The notes under the pieces were generated by a model. The model did not search any database and was not told where the DNA came from. It saw only the letters and a program-made list of their open reading frames with translations. Positions 56,046 through 64,000 of a stretch of DNA of 64,000 nt are shown one piece after another. Position 1 is the stretch's first letter. Each line of letters opens with the position of its first letter. The position numbers and the translations under genes are program-made. The DNA is from Vulcanimicrobiota bacterium (GTDB lineage: Bacteria; Vulcanimicrobiota; Vulcanimicrobiia; Vulcanimicrobiales; Vulcanimicrobiaceae), in contig CAVZQC010000003.1 in assembly GCA_963777315.1 (NCBI GenBank), positions 11,009 to 75,008 on the forward strand, read 5' to 3'.

Positions 56046-56417
56046 ATGAACGCCACCGCCATCCGCATCAAAGGCATGGACCTCAGCGGCTACATGGTTA
56101 AAGACGCACCCCGCGCCATCGCGTTCTACCGCGACGTCGTCGGCCTCGAGCCCACTCGCATATACACCCAAGATCGCGGCGCGGAATACGATCTCCCCGA
56201 CGGTACCACGTTCGGTCTATGGGGCGGCGGCGGCCCCATTCCGTTTCAGCCCAGCAACGGCGTGCTGTTCGCGGTGGACGACCTCGACCACACCGCGGCC
56301 GTGCTGCAGGCCAAAGGCATCCCGGCCGTCTTCCAAACCGAAACGCCCTCTTGCCGCATGCTCGCCGTGCACGATACCGAGGGCAACAGCGTCTTTTTTC
56401 ACCAGCGCAAATCGTGA
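56046..56417 (+). CDS. VOC (glyoxalase/bleomycin-resistance fold) family protein
   Basis: YMVKDAPRAIAFYRDVVGLEP...FAVDDLDHTAAVLQAKG...AVHDTEGNSVFF. Confidence 0.85.
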   Translation: MNATAIRIKGMDLSGYMVKDAPRAIAFYRDVVGLEPTRIYTQDRGAEYDLPDGTTFGLWGGGGPIPFQPSNGVLFAVDDLDHTAAVLQAKGIPAVFQTETPSCRMLAVHDTEGNSVFFHQRKS

Positions 56418-56749
56418 GCGCGAATCTCGATGCGGTTTTCGGTGCACTCGCCGATCCCACGCGCCGGCGCATCGTCGAACGGCTCGCGCGCCGGCCGCTC
56501 ACCGTCGGCCAGATTGCGGGGGAGTTCCCGCTCTCTCAGCCGGCAATTTCCAAACACGTGCGCGTGCTCGAAGAATCCGGGTTGCTGCGGCGCAGCATCG
56601 AAGGCCGCGTGCATTACTGCAGTTTGGCTCCTGAAACAATGCAACACGTATTAAAATGGCTCGAGCGGCAGCGCCGCTACTGGAACGGCGCGCTCGATCG
56701 GCTCGAAATCATTCTCAAAGAATCATCCGACGAAAAGAGCAAACGATGA
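56414..56749 (+). CDS. ArsR/SmtB-family transcriptional regulator
   Basis: GTG start overlapping the upstream stop (GTGA). FGALADPTRRRIVERLARRPLTVGQIAGEFPLSQPAISKHVRVLEESGLL. Confidence 0.9.
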   Translation: MSANLDAVFGALADPTRRRIVERLARRPLTVGQIAGEFPLSQPAISKHVRVLEESGLLRRSIEGRVHYCSLAPETMQHVLKWLERQRRYWNGALDRLEIILKESSDEKSKR

Positions 56750-57195
56750 CGCAAACAACAGTCCCGGCGCTGGTGATCCGCCGCACCTACGACGCCGCGC
56801 CCGAACGCGTCTACGCCGCTTGGACCGATCCCTCGATCGCCAAACACTTTCTTGGTCCAGGCGAAGTCTGCGCACAAGAAGTCGAGATGGATGTGCGCGC
56901 GGGCGGCACGTACCGCATCGCGATGCGGCGCCCGCAAGGCGATGTGTGGACGGTCGTCGGCGAGTACCGCGAAGTCGTCCCTAACCGCCGCTTGAGCATG
57001 ACGTGGCGCTGGCTGGAAGACGACCCGGCCGACGAACGAGAAACGCTGCTCACGCTCGAATTCAATCCCGACGGCGCGGGAACCGAACTTGTTCTGACGC
57101 ACGAGTGTTTGGCAACGCAAGAGTCGCGCGACGGACACGGCGACGGCTGGAACGCCATCCTTTCACAGTTTTCAGAATTGATGAGGAACGCATGA
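56746..57195 (+). CDS. SRPBCC (Aha1/BPI-like, START fold) protein, copy 1
   Basis: ATGA overlap. IRRTYDAAPERVYAAWTDP...GGTYRIAM...VGEYREVVPNRRLSMTWRW...HGDGW. Confidence 0.85.
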   Translation: MTQTTVPALVIRRTYDAAPERVYAAWTDPSIAKHFLGPGEVCAQEVEMDVRAGGTYRIAMRRPQGDVWTVVGEYREVVPNRRLSMTWRWLEDDPADERETLLTLEFNPDGAGTELVLTHECLATQESRDGHGDGWNAILSQFSELMRNA

Positions 57196-57644
57196 ACCAA
57201 GCAACACTCCCCGCGGTGGTCATCCGCCGCACCTTCGACGCATCGCCGCAGCGCGTATTCGCGGCCTGGACGGGCAAGGAATTCGCAGAAATGATTTGCC
57301 CTCAAGACGTTACGCTGCAAGACCTGCAGATGGACGTGCGCCAGGGCGGTTCGTACAAGATGGACTTGCTCATGTCCGACGGCGACGTTTGGACGCTGCA
57401 CGGCGATTACCGCGAGGTCACTCCGCCGCACCGGTTAGTCATGACATGGAGCTGGATCGAAGACGATCCCAAAGACGCACAAGAAACGCTGCTCACCGTC
57501 AAGCTCACCCCGCAAGGCGGCGGCACCGCGCTCGAACTGCGTCACGAACTGTTCGTGCGCGAAGACTCGCGGGCATCGCACGAAGCGGGCTGGACGGAAT
57601 GTCTGGACAAACTCGCCGCTAAACTGGTTGCCGGCAGCCCGTAG
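57192..57644 (+). CDS. SRPBCC (Aha1-like) protein, copy 2
   Basis: ATGA overlap. IRRTFDASPQRVFAAWTGKE...GGSYKMDL...HGDYREVTPPHRLVMTWSW...HEAGW. Confidence 0.85.
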   Translation: MNQATLPAVVIRRTFDASPQRVFAAWTGKEFAEMICPQDVTLQDLQMDVRQGGSYKMDLLMSDGDVWTLHGDYREVTPPHRLVMTWSWIEDDPKDAQETLLTVKLTPQGGGTALELRHELFVREDSRASHEAGWTECLDKLAAKLVAGSP

Positions 57645-57647
57645 TCG

Positions 57648-57797
57648 ATGAAGCGATCGTATGTCGGCATCGGTGTCGCGCTGGGCGTCGGAATCGGTCT
57701 AGCGATCGGCACTGCGGTCGGGAACCCGTCCGCCGGCCTTGCTCTCGGCGCCGGCATCGGCGTCGCAATCGGGACGGCCCTGAGCGGCCGCAGATGA
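57648..57797 (+). CDS. Possible 49-aa glycine-zipper membrane peptide
   Basis: Translated by hand: MKRSYVGIGVALGVGIGLAIGTAVGNPSAGLALGAGIGVAIGTALSGRR*. Overlaps the 3' tail of the convergent MFS ORF by about 100 nt, so it is uncertain. Confidence 0.3.
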   Translation: MKRSYVGIGVALGVGIGLAIGTAVGNPSAGLALGAGIGVAIGTALSGRR

Positions 57798-59024
57798 AGC
57801 ATCGTCATCCGCACCCGCGCCCGCGCGGAAACGGCCGAGCGCAAACGCGGATCCCACCGCCAAGGCCGGCAAAACGCCGATGAGACGCGCGCTCGCGCCC
57901 ACGATCGCGGTACCGATCGCGGGCGCGAGAATGAGTGCGATGCTGTTGACCGAGTCGCTCACGCCCATGATCGCTCCACGCTCGTCCTTGGGAGCCCGTT
58001 CGGAAAGTATGGTCATGAGCGTGGGCTCTACCATCGCAGCGCCGGCCGCCCATAGGACCAAGACCGGAAAAAACCACGCCAAGTTCTGCACGAAATAGAT
58101 CAGAGCGTACGAAGCGAACAGCAGCAGAAACCCGATCTGGCCCACGCGTACGTTGCCGATGCGCTTGGTCAGCGGCGTAACGACCAGCAGCATCGTTATT
58201 CCGCCCACTATTCCCGCCCCCGCGAGCAGCCAACTCGAATGTTGAATGCTTTGGTGCAGCGCGTGATCCAAGTAGAGCGCGAAGTCGGCCAGTAAGTAAA
58301 CGACGGCGAAGATGAACAGAAATTGCCGGAAGAGCACGCGGCGCACCCCGGGCTTCCAGGCGGCCCGCAGCGATTTTTGGATGCTGGTGCTTTCGCGCTT
58401 GGCGCGCGTACGCGAGGGAAGCAGCCAAAACGTCAGGCCGATGTTGAGCACTTCCAAGCCGGCTGCCACGAAGAATGGAAACTGCAGCCCGTACCGCTGC
58501 AAGAACCCCGCCGCGACGGGCCCGACAATGAAGGCCGAACCGAACACGGCCCCGTAAATCGTGTACGCGCGATTGCGCTGGCGTTCGTTCGTAACGTCCG
58601 CGATGTACGACTCGGCCGCGCCGATGCTGCCGGCTCCGACTCCCGAAATCAGTCGCGAGATGTACACCCAGAACAGCGAACCGGCAAGGGCCAGAATCGT
58701 GTATCCGACCAGCGTAAAGCATTGGGCGATCAGGATGATGAATTTGCGGCCGGCCCGATCGCTGGCTTTGCCCCATATCGGCGCGGCGATCGTCGCGCAG
58801 AACGCCGGAATGCTCAGCAGCATTCCGACCATCCAGTCGTGCGCGCCGTACTTGTGCGCCAGTGCCGGCAGCAGCGGTATGAGCAGCGTGTACCCCAGCA
58901 TGTCCACGAACGTGGTCAGGTAGATCGGCAGCAGGTCTTTTGGAAGATTGACTATCGGGATCTCGCCCGCTGTGGAGCCCGCCTCGGATACCGATGTTGC
59001 TGCTTGTGCCACGCTGTGGGGCAT
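57699..59024 (-). CDS. MFS transporter
   Basis: The start is set at Met 90 of ORF 57699..59291, because earlier Mets collide with the divergent gene. FVDMLGYTLLIPLLP...GKASDRAGRKFIIL...RLISGVGAGS. Roughly 12 TM helices. Confidence 0.8.
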   Translation of the reverse strand: MPHSVAQAATSVSEAGSTAGEIPIVNLPKDLLPIYLTTFVDMLGYTLLIPLLPALAHKYGAHDWMVGMLLSIPAFCATIAAPIWGKASDRAGRKFIILIAQCFTLVGYTILALAGSLFWVYISRLISGVGAGSIGAAESYIADVTNERQRNRAYTIYGAVFGSAFIVGPVAAGFLQRYGLQFPFFVAAGLEVLNIGLTFWLLPSRTRAKRESTSIQKSLRAAWKPGVRRVLFRQFLFIFAVVYLLADFALYLDHALHQSIQHSSWLLAGAGIVGGITMLLVVTPLTKRIGNVRVGQIGFLLLFASYALIYFVQNLAWFFPVLVLWAAGAAMVEPTLMTILSERAPKDERGAIMGVSDSVNSIALILAPAIGTAIVGASARLIGVLPALAVGSAFALGRFRAGAGADDDASSAAAQGRPDCDADAGAESKAGGRVPDRSADR

Positions 59025-59088
59025 GTACCCGAAAACCCAACCGGCGATCCATGGTATCAATTGCGCTCGGTCGGGGAAGAAAAGCGGC

Positions 59089-59571
59089 ATGTGGGACCAC
59101 GGCGTACTGATCGAGTCGGCTCGCATCGACTTCGCGCAGGGAATCGTCGCCGGACTCTGCGGCGGGTTCGCCATGGCAATCGCCATGGCCGTACTGAGCG
59201 TCGCCGTCGGACAAGGACCGTGGCAGATGCCCAAACGTTTGGCGGGCGTGCTGATCGGCCCGGGTGCAAAAGACGGCGGACCGGGCGTCATCGCTTTGGG
59301 ATTTGCGATTCACTTGGTGCTGTCGGCCGGTTTCGGCGCGCTGTTCACGCTGCTGGTCAACCGCCTCACCCACGAATTTTGGCTCACGGGCGTTGCATAC
59401 GCTCTGACGCTGTGGGTGCTCAATTATTGGGGCTCGCAGTTCACTCCGGGCGGGCGGGAACTCACCGAACTCAAAACGTCTTGGCTCAGTCCGCTGGCGC
59501 ATATCGTGTACGGCGGGGTGATGGCGGGTGTGGCGATCGTATTCGCCGCCTCGGCGATGCACTCGGGATAA
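59089..59571 (+). CDS. Hypothetical four-TM membrane protein
   Basis: Internal ATG of ORF 58948..59571: MWDHGVLIESARIDFAQGIVAGLCGGFAMAIAMAVL... No family recognised. Confidence 0.5.
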   Translation: MWDHGVLIESARIDFAQGIVAGLCGGFAMAIAMAVLSVAVGQGPWQMPKRLAGVLIGPGAKDGGPGVIALGFAIHLVLSAGFGALFTLLVNRLTHEFWLTGVAYALTLWVLNYWGSQFTPGGRELTELKTSWLSPLAHIVYGGVMAGVAIVFAASAMHSG

Positions 59572-59576
59572 GGCGA

Positions 59577-59774
59577 ATGCATTATCCAAAGCACGAACTC
59601 GTCGAAAAGCTCGGTGAGCCGGCCGAAGAGAACGTTCGTCCGCATCTGAGCGAGCCGGGCAAACCGATGAACGTTTTGCGCTGGGATTGCGGATGCGGAG
59701 CAACCAAGTTGCGCGATGAACCGCTATGGGAATGGGACGTCTGCGAACGGCATGCAAAAGAGCGGCCTGGTTAA
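59577..59774 (+). CDS. Small (65 aa) hypothetical Cys/His-containing protein
   Basis: ATG located 6 nt after the upstream stop: MHYPKHELVEKLGEPAEENVRPHLSEPGKPMNVLRWDCGCGATKLRDEPLWEWDVCERHAKERPG*. Confidence 0.35.
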   Translation: MHYPKHELVEKLGEPAEENVRPHLSEPGKPMNVLRWDCGCGATKLRDEPLWEWDVCERHAKERPG

Positions 59775-59799
59775 CGGGCCGCTCTTGTACTCGGTAGCG

Positions 59800-60294
59800 C
59801 TAGGCTTTCTTTTTGCGGCCGCCCTTGCGGCGTCCGCCGGCGCTCTTGCGCCCGCCTTTACGGCCGGCTGCAGCTTTGCGCGTCGATTTGCGTCCGCCTT
59901 TGCGTGCGCTGGATTTCTTGCGTCCGCCCTTCTTGCGTCCGCCGGTCGACTTCTTGCGTCCGGAAGATTTCTTGCGTCCGCCGGTCGATTTTTTGCGTCC
60001 GGAAGATTTCTTGCGTCCGCCGGTCGATTTCTTGCGTCCCGAAGATTTCTTGCGTCCGTTGCTTTTCTTGCGTCCGCCGGTCGATTTCTTGCGTCCACCC
60101 GTCGACTTCTTGCGTCCGCCGCCCGACGATTTACGTCCGCCTTTGCGTCCGGCCGCTTTACGCGCGGTGCTCTTGCGGCCGCCGGCCGATTTTCGGCCGT
60201 TCGATTTCTTACGGCCGCCCTTGCGGCGACCGCCTCGGCGTGACGAGCCTTCGTCGCCCATCGTTCCGCCGTTTTCCATCATGTCGGAATCCAT
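59800..60294 (-). CDS. 164-aa polycationic low-complexity protein with tandem GGRKKS(T/S) repeats (histone-H1-like / nucleoid-associated?)
   Basis: ATG 60294 preceded by a GGGAGG Shine-Dalgarno with a 5-nt spacer. A short acidic N-terminus (MDSDMMENGGTMGDEGSS) is followed by about 145 aa made almost only of G, R, K and S. All the other long ORFs across this repeat lack start signals. Confidence 0.7.
   Translation of the reverse strand: MDSDMMENGGTMGDEGSSRRGGRRKGGRKKSNGRKSAGGRKSTARKAAGRKGGRKSSGGGRKKSTGGRKKSTGGRKKSNGRKKSSGRKKSTGGRKKSSGRKKSTGGRKKSSGRKKSTGGRKKGGRKKSSARKGGRKSTRKAAAGRKGGRKSAGGRRKGGRKKKA
59905..60125. repeat. Imperfect tandem DNA repeats (39-bp unit made of 21 nt + 18 nt, CTTGCGTCCGCCGGTCGATTT + CTTGCGTCCGGAAGATTT) inside the polycationic gene
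   Basis: Read directly from the sequence. At least three near-identical 39-bp units plus degenerate flanking units, all in frame (13 aa per unit). Confidence 0.8.
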
Positions 60295-60461
60295 TCATTC
60301 CTCCCTTCGTCCCCGGGGACGAACTTGAGATGTTGGACAGCGCAATATAGCGCTTTGTGCGCATCATAAGGAATTTTTGCAATAATTGCAAATCGGCTCG
60401 GTTTCGCGTTGCGCGCGCGGGCGAATTGCCTCATTTATATAGCGCGCGAACGGGGCGCGAT

Positions 60462-60491
60462 TTGCCGGGGGGTTGACCCCGGCGGTATACT
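60462..60491 (+). promoter_or_regulatory. Putative topA promoter (TTGCCG-18 nt-TATACT) placed so the transcript would start at or next to the GTG start codon
   Basis: TATACT at 60486-60491 and GTG at 60499. No Shine-Dalgarno at a usable distance. Confidence 0.35.
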
Positions 60492-60498
60492 AGGGCGC

Positions 60499-62634
60499 GT
60501 GAAAAAGCCCCTGATCATCGTGGAGTCTCCCACCAAGGCGCGAACGATTAAAAAGTTCTTGCCCGCGCGCTTTGCGGTCAAGGCGTCCGTGGGGCACGTG
60601 CGCGATTTGCCCAAGAGCACGCTCGGAGTCGACGTGGAGCACGGTTTCGCGCCGAAATATCTGACGATTAAGGGCAAGGGCGACATCATCAAGGATCTCA
60701 AATCCGCGGTGAAGGGCGCGAGCGACGTGTATCTGGCGACCGACCCGGATCGTGAAGGCGAGGCCATCGCGTGGCATCTGGCGCAGTTGCTCAAACTCGA
60801 AGAGCCCAAGCGAATCGAGCTGCACGAGATCACCAAAGAGGCCGCCTTGGCCGCCATCAGGGAGCCGCACCGGATCGACATCGACCGCGTGAACGCACAG
60901 CAGGCGCGCCGAATTTTGGATCGCCTGGTCGGCTATAAAATCTCGCCGCTGCTCTGGGCCAAGGTTCGCGGCGGCCTTTCCGCCGGCCGGGTGCAATCCG
61001 TCGCCGTTCGCCTGATCGTCGATCGCGAACGCGAAATCCAAGCCTTCGTCACGCGGGAATACTGGTCGATCGCCGCGCTGCTCTCGTCCGCCGGCGAGCC
61101 CGGCTTGACGTTTTCCGCCGAGTTGCTCCTGCGCGACGGCGAGAAAATCGCCGTGGAAAATCAGGCTCAGGCCGATGCCGTCTTGAGCGATTTGCGCGGC
61201 GCCGCCTACGAGGTCGCGTCGATCAAGCAGCGCGAGGTGCGCCGCCATCCGACCGCGCCGTTCACCACGTCGACGCTTCAGCAGGAGGCTTCGCGCAAAC
61301 TCAAGCTGCGGGTGCGGCGCACGATGCAAATCGCTCAGGCGTTGTACGAGGGCGTCGATTTGGGCGCTGAGGGCACGGTCGGCCTCATCACCTACATGCG
61401 CACCGACTCAACGCGCATTTCGGATCAGGCGCGGGAAGCAGCCCGCGAGTACATCACCCAAACGTACGGTCAAGCTTATCACGGCGGCCGGGCGCACAAA
61501 ATTCGCGAGGGCGCGCAGGACGCCCATGAAGCGATTCGGCCCACCTCCGTCGCGCACACGCCCGAAAGCATGGCGGGAATACTCAAACGCGACGAACTGC
61601 GGCTCTACACGCTGATCTGGAATCGCTTCGTCGCATCCCAAATGTCCGCTGCGGTTTTCGACCAAACCACCGTCGACGTTCGGGCAGGCGCCTACACGTT
61701 CCGCGCCACCGGCAGCGTGGTAAAATTCCCCGGCTTTACCAAGATCTATGAAGAAGGCCGGGACGATTCGGAGGCCGCGCTTGCGACCAAGAGCGAGGAA
61801 GAAAAAAAGCGGCTGCCCAAACTCGAACAGCACGAAGTGCTCGATTTGCGCAAGCTCGAACCCAAACAGCATTTCACCGAGCCGCCGCCCAGGTACAGCG
61901 AAGCCACGCTGGTCAAAGCGCTCGAAGACAATCGCATCGGACGCCCTTCCACGTACAGCACGATCGTCGAAACGATTCAGGCGCGCGGCTACGTCGTGCA
62001 AGTCGAACGGCGTTTCCAGCCCACCGACATCGGCGCGGCGGTGAACGATCTGCTCGCCGAGCACTTTCCCGACGTAGTCGATTTGAGCTTTACCGCGCAA
62101 ATGGAAGGCGATCTCGATAAAGTAGCCGTCGGCGGGGAGAATTGGGTCAAACTGCTCGATCGTTTCTACGGACCGTTCGTCGTGGAACTCGAACAGGCCG
62201 AGAAAAAACTGCCTCGCTTGGAGATTCGCGACGAGCCCACCGACGAGATCTGCCCCAATTGCGAGCGGCCGATGGTCATCAAGACCGGGCGCTTCGGGAG
62301 GTTCATCTCCTGCACCGGCTATCCGGAATGTAAGACGACGCGGCCGATTCTCAAAGACACCGGCGCAAAATGTCCCAAAGACGAGGGCATGATCGTCGAA
62401 CGCAAGTCGAAGAAGGGCCGCACGTTTTACGGCTGCGCCAATTATCCCAAGTGCGACTTCGTTTCGTGGGATCGCGTCGTGCCGCAGCGCTGCCCGGTTT
62501 GCGGTTCGCACGTCGTGGCCAAGACGCGCCGCGGCGGCGCGACGGCGCTCGAGTGCAGCGCGCATAGAGACCACGACGTGAGCAGCATCTCGGCCGGCGT
62601 CACGGAAGAACCGATGGAAGCCGTGTCTCCCTAA
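60499..62634 (+). CDS. topA: DNA topoisomerase I
   Basis: GTG start gives VKKPLIIVESPTKARTIKKFL (TOPRIM). DPDREGEAIAWH, and RTDSTR, which contains the conserved catalytic-Tyr position (residue not checked). C-terminal zinc ribbons CPNCERPM...CTGYPEC and CPKDEG...CANYPKC. Confidence 0.95.
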   Translation: MKKPLIIVESPTKARTIKKFLPARFAVKASVGHVRDLPKSTLGVDVEHGFAPKYLTIKGKGDIIKDLKSAVKGASDVYLATDPDREGEAIAWHLAQLLKLEEPKRIELHEITKEAALAAIREPHRIDIDRVNAQQARRILDRLVGYKISPLLWAKVRGGLSAGRVQSVAVRLIVDREREIQAFVTREYWSIAALLSSAGEPGLTFSAELLLRDGEKIAVENQAQADAVLSDLRGAAYEVASIKQREVRRHPTAPFTTSTLQQEASRKLKLRVRRTMQIAQALYEGVDLGAEGTVGLITYMRTDSTRISDQAREAAREYITQTYGQAYHGGRAHKIREGAQDAHEAIRPTSVAHTPESMAGILKRDELRLYTLIWNRFVASQMSAAVFDQTTVDVRAGAYTFRATGSVVKFPGFTKIYEEGRDDSEAALATKSEEEKKRLPKLEQHEVLDLRKLEPKQHFTEPPPRYSEATLVKALEDNRIGRPSTYSTIVETIQARGYVVQVERRFQPTDIGAAVNDLLAEHFPDVVDLSFTAQMEGDLDKVAVGGENWVKLLDRFYGPFVVELEQAEKKLPRLEIRDEPTDEICPNCERPMVIKTGRFGRFISCTGYPECKTTRPILKDTGAKCPKDEGMIVERKSKKGRTFYGCANYPKCDFVSWDRVVPQRCPVCGSHVVAKTRRGGATALECSAHRDHDVSSISAGVTEEPMEAVSP

Positions 62635-62641
62635 GCGCGCC

Positions 62642-64000
62642 TTGCCGTCCGACACCGGTACCCTAACGGTCATCGGCGCGGGCCTTGCCGGCTGCGAGGC
62701 AGCGTGGCAAGCCGCACAGCTCGGCGTCTACGTCGATCTCTACGAAATGCGTCCGCTTCGCAGCGGGCCGGCACATAAAACGGCACATTTGGCCGAATTG
62801 GTTTGCAGCAATTCGCTGCGCGGCGCGGCGCTTGAAAATGCCGTCGGTTTGCTCAAAGAAGAGCTCGCGCTGCTGGACTCGGTTATCATTGCCTGCGCGC
62901 GCGCGAGCGCCGTTCCGGCGGGCGGAGCGCTCGCCGTGGATCGCGACCTTTTCGCGCAAGCGGTGGAACGGCGCATCGGCGAGCACCCGCGCATTGCGCT
63001 GCACCGGCAAGAAGTCCGAGGGGTTCCGCTCGATCGCACCGTCATCGTCGCGTGCGGTCCGCTGCCTTCGCAAGAACTGCTGGGGTCGATCGATGCATTG
63101 CTGGAGCGATCGCATGGTGCTCGTCTGCACTACTATGATGCAGCCTCGCCGATCGTTGCGGCCGACTCCATCGACGAAACGCCGATGTATCGCAAATCCC
63201 GGTACGAAAAGGGCGACGGCGACGACTACCTCAACATCCCGCTGAGCCAATCGCAGTATCTGGAACTGATCGCCGATTTGCGCACGCTCGCTCGTCACCA
63301 GCCCAAAGGCTTCGAAGATGCGGGGACGAGCCCGACGCCCTACTTTGAAGGATGCCTGCCGATTGAAGAGATGGCGGATCGCGGCGACGACGTTCTGCGT
63401 TTCGGCCCGCTCAAGCCCGTGGGGCTGCGCGATCCTCGCACCGGTAAGACGCCGTATGCGGTCGTGCAATTGCGCAAGGAAAACTCGCTCGGGACGGCCT
63501 TCAACCTCGTGGGGTTTCAAACGCGGCTGACGTGGCCTGCGCAAAAACAAGCTTTTGGCAAGTTTCCGGGATTGCAGCACGCCGAGTGGCTGCGTCTGGG
63601 CGTCATGCACCGCAACACGTTTCTGGACTCACCGCGTTTGCTCGATTCGCATCTGCAGTTGCGCGCGGCCGGCGGTTTGTATTTTGCAGGACAAATCACG
63701 GGCGCGGAAGGCTACGTTGAAGCCGCAGCGTGCGGAGCGATGACCGGAATTCATGCAGCGCGCCGGATGCTGGGGTTACCGCCGCTCGATTTTCCGCGAG
63801 AATCCGCGCTGGGCGCCGTCGTCGCGCATCTGCAGAACACGCAAACCGCCGATTTCCAACCCGCGAACGTAACGTGGGCGCCGTTCCCGCCCTTAGACAA
63901 CGCGGTGCGTGACAAGAAAGAGCGGCGCAGGCTTCTGGCAGCCCGTGCACTGGCGAGCATTCGCGCGTTCCGCGCGGCCATGCCGGCTCCAGCAGCTGCG
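62642..64000 (+). CDS. trmFO: Methylenetetrahydrofolate--tRNA-(uracil-5)-methyltransferase TrmFO; 3' end lies outside the window
   Basis: Absent from the ORF track because there is no stop inside the window. Hand translation from TTG 62642: MPSDTGTLTVIGAGLAGCEAAWQAAQLGVYVDLYEMRP...AHKTAHLAELVCSNSL...GQITGAEGYVEAAA. Confidence 0.9.
   Translation, partial: MPSDTGTLTVIGAGLAGCEAAWQAAQLGVYVDLYEMRPLRSGPAHKTAHLAELVCSNSLRGAALENAVGLLKEELALLDSVIIACARASAVPAGGALAVDRDLFAQAVERRIGEHPRIALHRQEVRGVPLDRTVIVACGPLPSQELLGSIDALLERSHGARLHYYDAASPIVAADSIDETPMYRKSRYEKGDGDDYLNIPLSQSQYLELIADLRTLARHQPKGFEDAGTSPTPYFEGCLPIEEMADRGDDVLRFGPLKPVGLRDPRTGKTPYAVVQLRKENSLGTAFNLVGFQTRLTWPAQKQAFGKFPGLQHAEWLRLGVMHRNTFLDSPRLLDSHLQLRAAGGLYFAGQITGAEGYVEAAACGAMTGIHAARRMLGLPPLDFPRESALGAVVAHLQNTQTADFQPANVTWAPFPPLDNAVRDKKERRRLLAARALASIRAFRAAMPAPAAA

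Noticed and set aside
57805-59774. 650-aa minus-strand ORF and 483-aa plus-strand ORF
   Set aside because: They are alternative-frame or antisense shadows of the MFS transporter and the 59089..59571 membrane protein. Their composition is Arg-rich and they have no motifs.
59905-60125. Tandem repeats as a possible CRISPR array or satellite
   Set aside because: The units are contiguous, with no unique spacers. They are in frame (39 bp = 13 codons) and lie inside an ORF with a strong ribosome-binding site, so they are coding repeats.
59716-60350. Three plus-strand ORFs and one extra minus-strand ORF across the repeat (59716..60243, 59813..60328, 59904..60350 and 59724..60098)
   Set aside because: The stop-free repeat sequence keeps all frames open. 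Only the 59800..60294 minus frame has an ATG with a Shine-Dalgarno.
61408-63610. 421-aa and 315-aa minus-strand ORFs
   Set aside because: They lie antisense to topA and trmFO, both of which are unambiguous.

Overview
GC-rich bacterial chromosomal window. I found no rRNA, tRNA, CRISPR array, transposase or integrase by eye. All family assignments come from reading the supplied translations; no database search was run.

Content from left to right:
- Partial molybdopterin oxidoreductase, then a decayed SatP-type acetate channel gene, small stress-type genes, an FNR-like reductase and an SPFH protein.
- An sdh/frd operon (membrane anchor, flavoprotein, Fe-S subunit; the Fe-S gene is frameshifted), an NHL-repeat lipoprotein and ETF-ubiquinone oxidoreductase.
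- A minus-strand operon: DUF488, a FolE-QueD fusion, methyltransferase, GT4 glycosyltransferase, SDR and a small Cys-containing ORF. I read this as a possible pterin-glycoside pathway.
- Hemerythrin, DUF488, DUF2231-Rieske, trpS, a GH130-like protein, a SnoaL-like protein, a disulfide reductase and a PRC-barrel protein.
- A cytochrome c plus two-subunit GMC/gluconate-dehydrogenase-type module, and an AlkA-like glycosylase.
- A divergent CuA-type heme-copper oxidase pair.
- A frameshifted PBP4, an S53 peptidase, a cyclase-STAND-TPR protein and an AI-2E transporter.
- A ~9.9 kb five-gene operon (38302-48183, minus strand) of signal-peptide proteins. Four are built from DUF11/TIGR01451-like repeats; the fifth is a 1109-aa protein with an Ig-like N-terminal part and a long beta-barrel-like C-terminal part. 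This is my best candidate for an undescribed surface-structure assembly system.
- A patch of paralogous gene remnants (48.3-51.8 kb), a GAF membrane sensor, a BAAT-family hydrolase, OsmC, an HATPase-GNAT fusion and a Phd/VapC pair (toxin frameshifted).
- An ArsR/VOC/2xSRPBCC operon behind a textbook promoter with a 20-bp palindrome, an MFS transporter, a 164-aa polycationic GRKKS-repeat protein divergent from topA, and partial trmFO.

Cross-cutting observations:
- A conserved ~50-nt intergenic element occurs 7 times.
- Many conserved genes carry single-nucleotide frameshifts or survive only as fragments. This means either real gene decay or indel-type assembly error.
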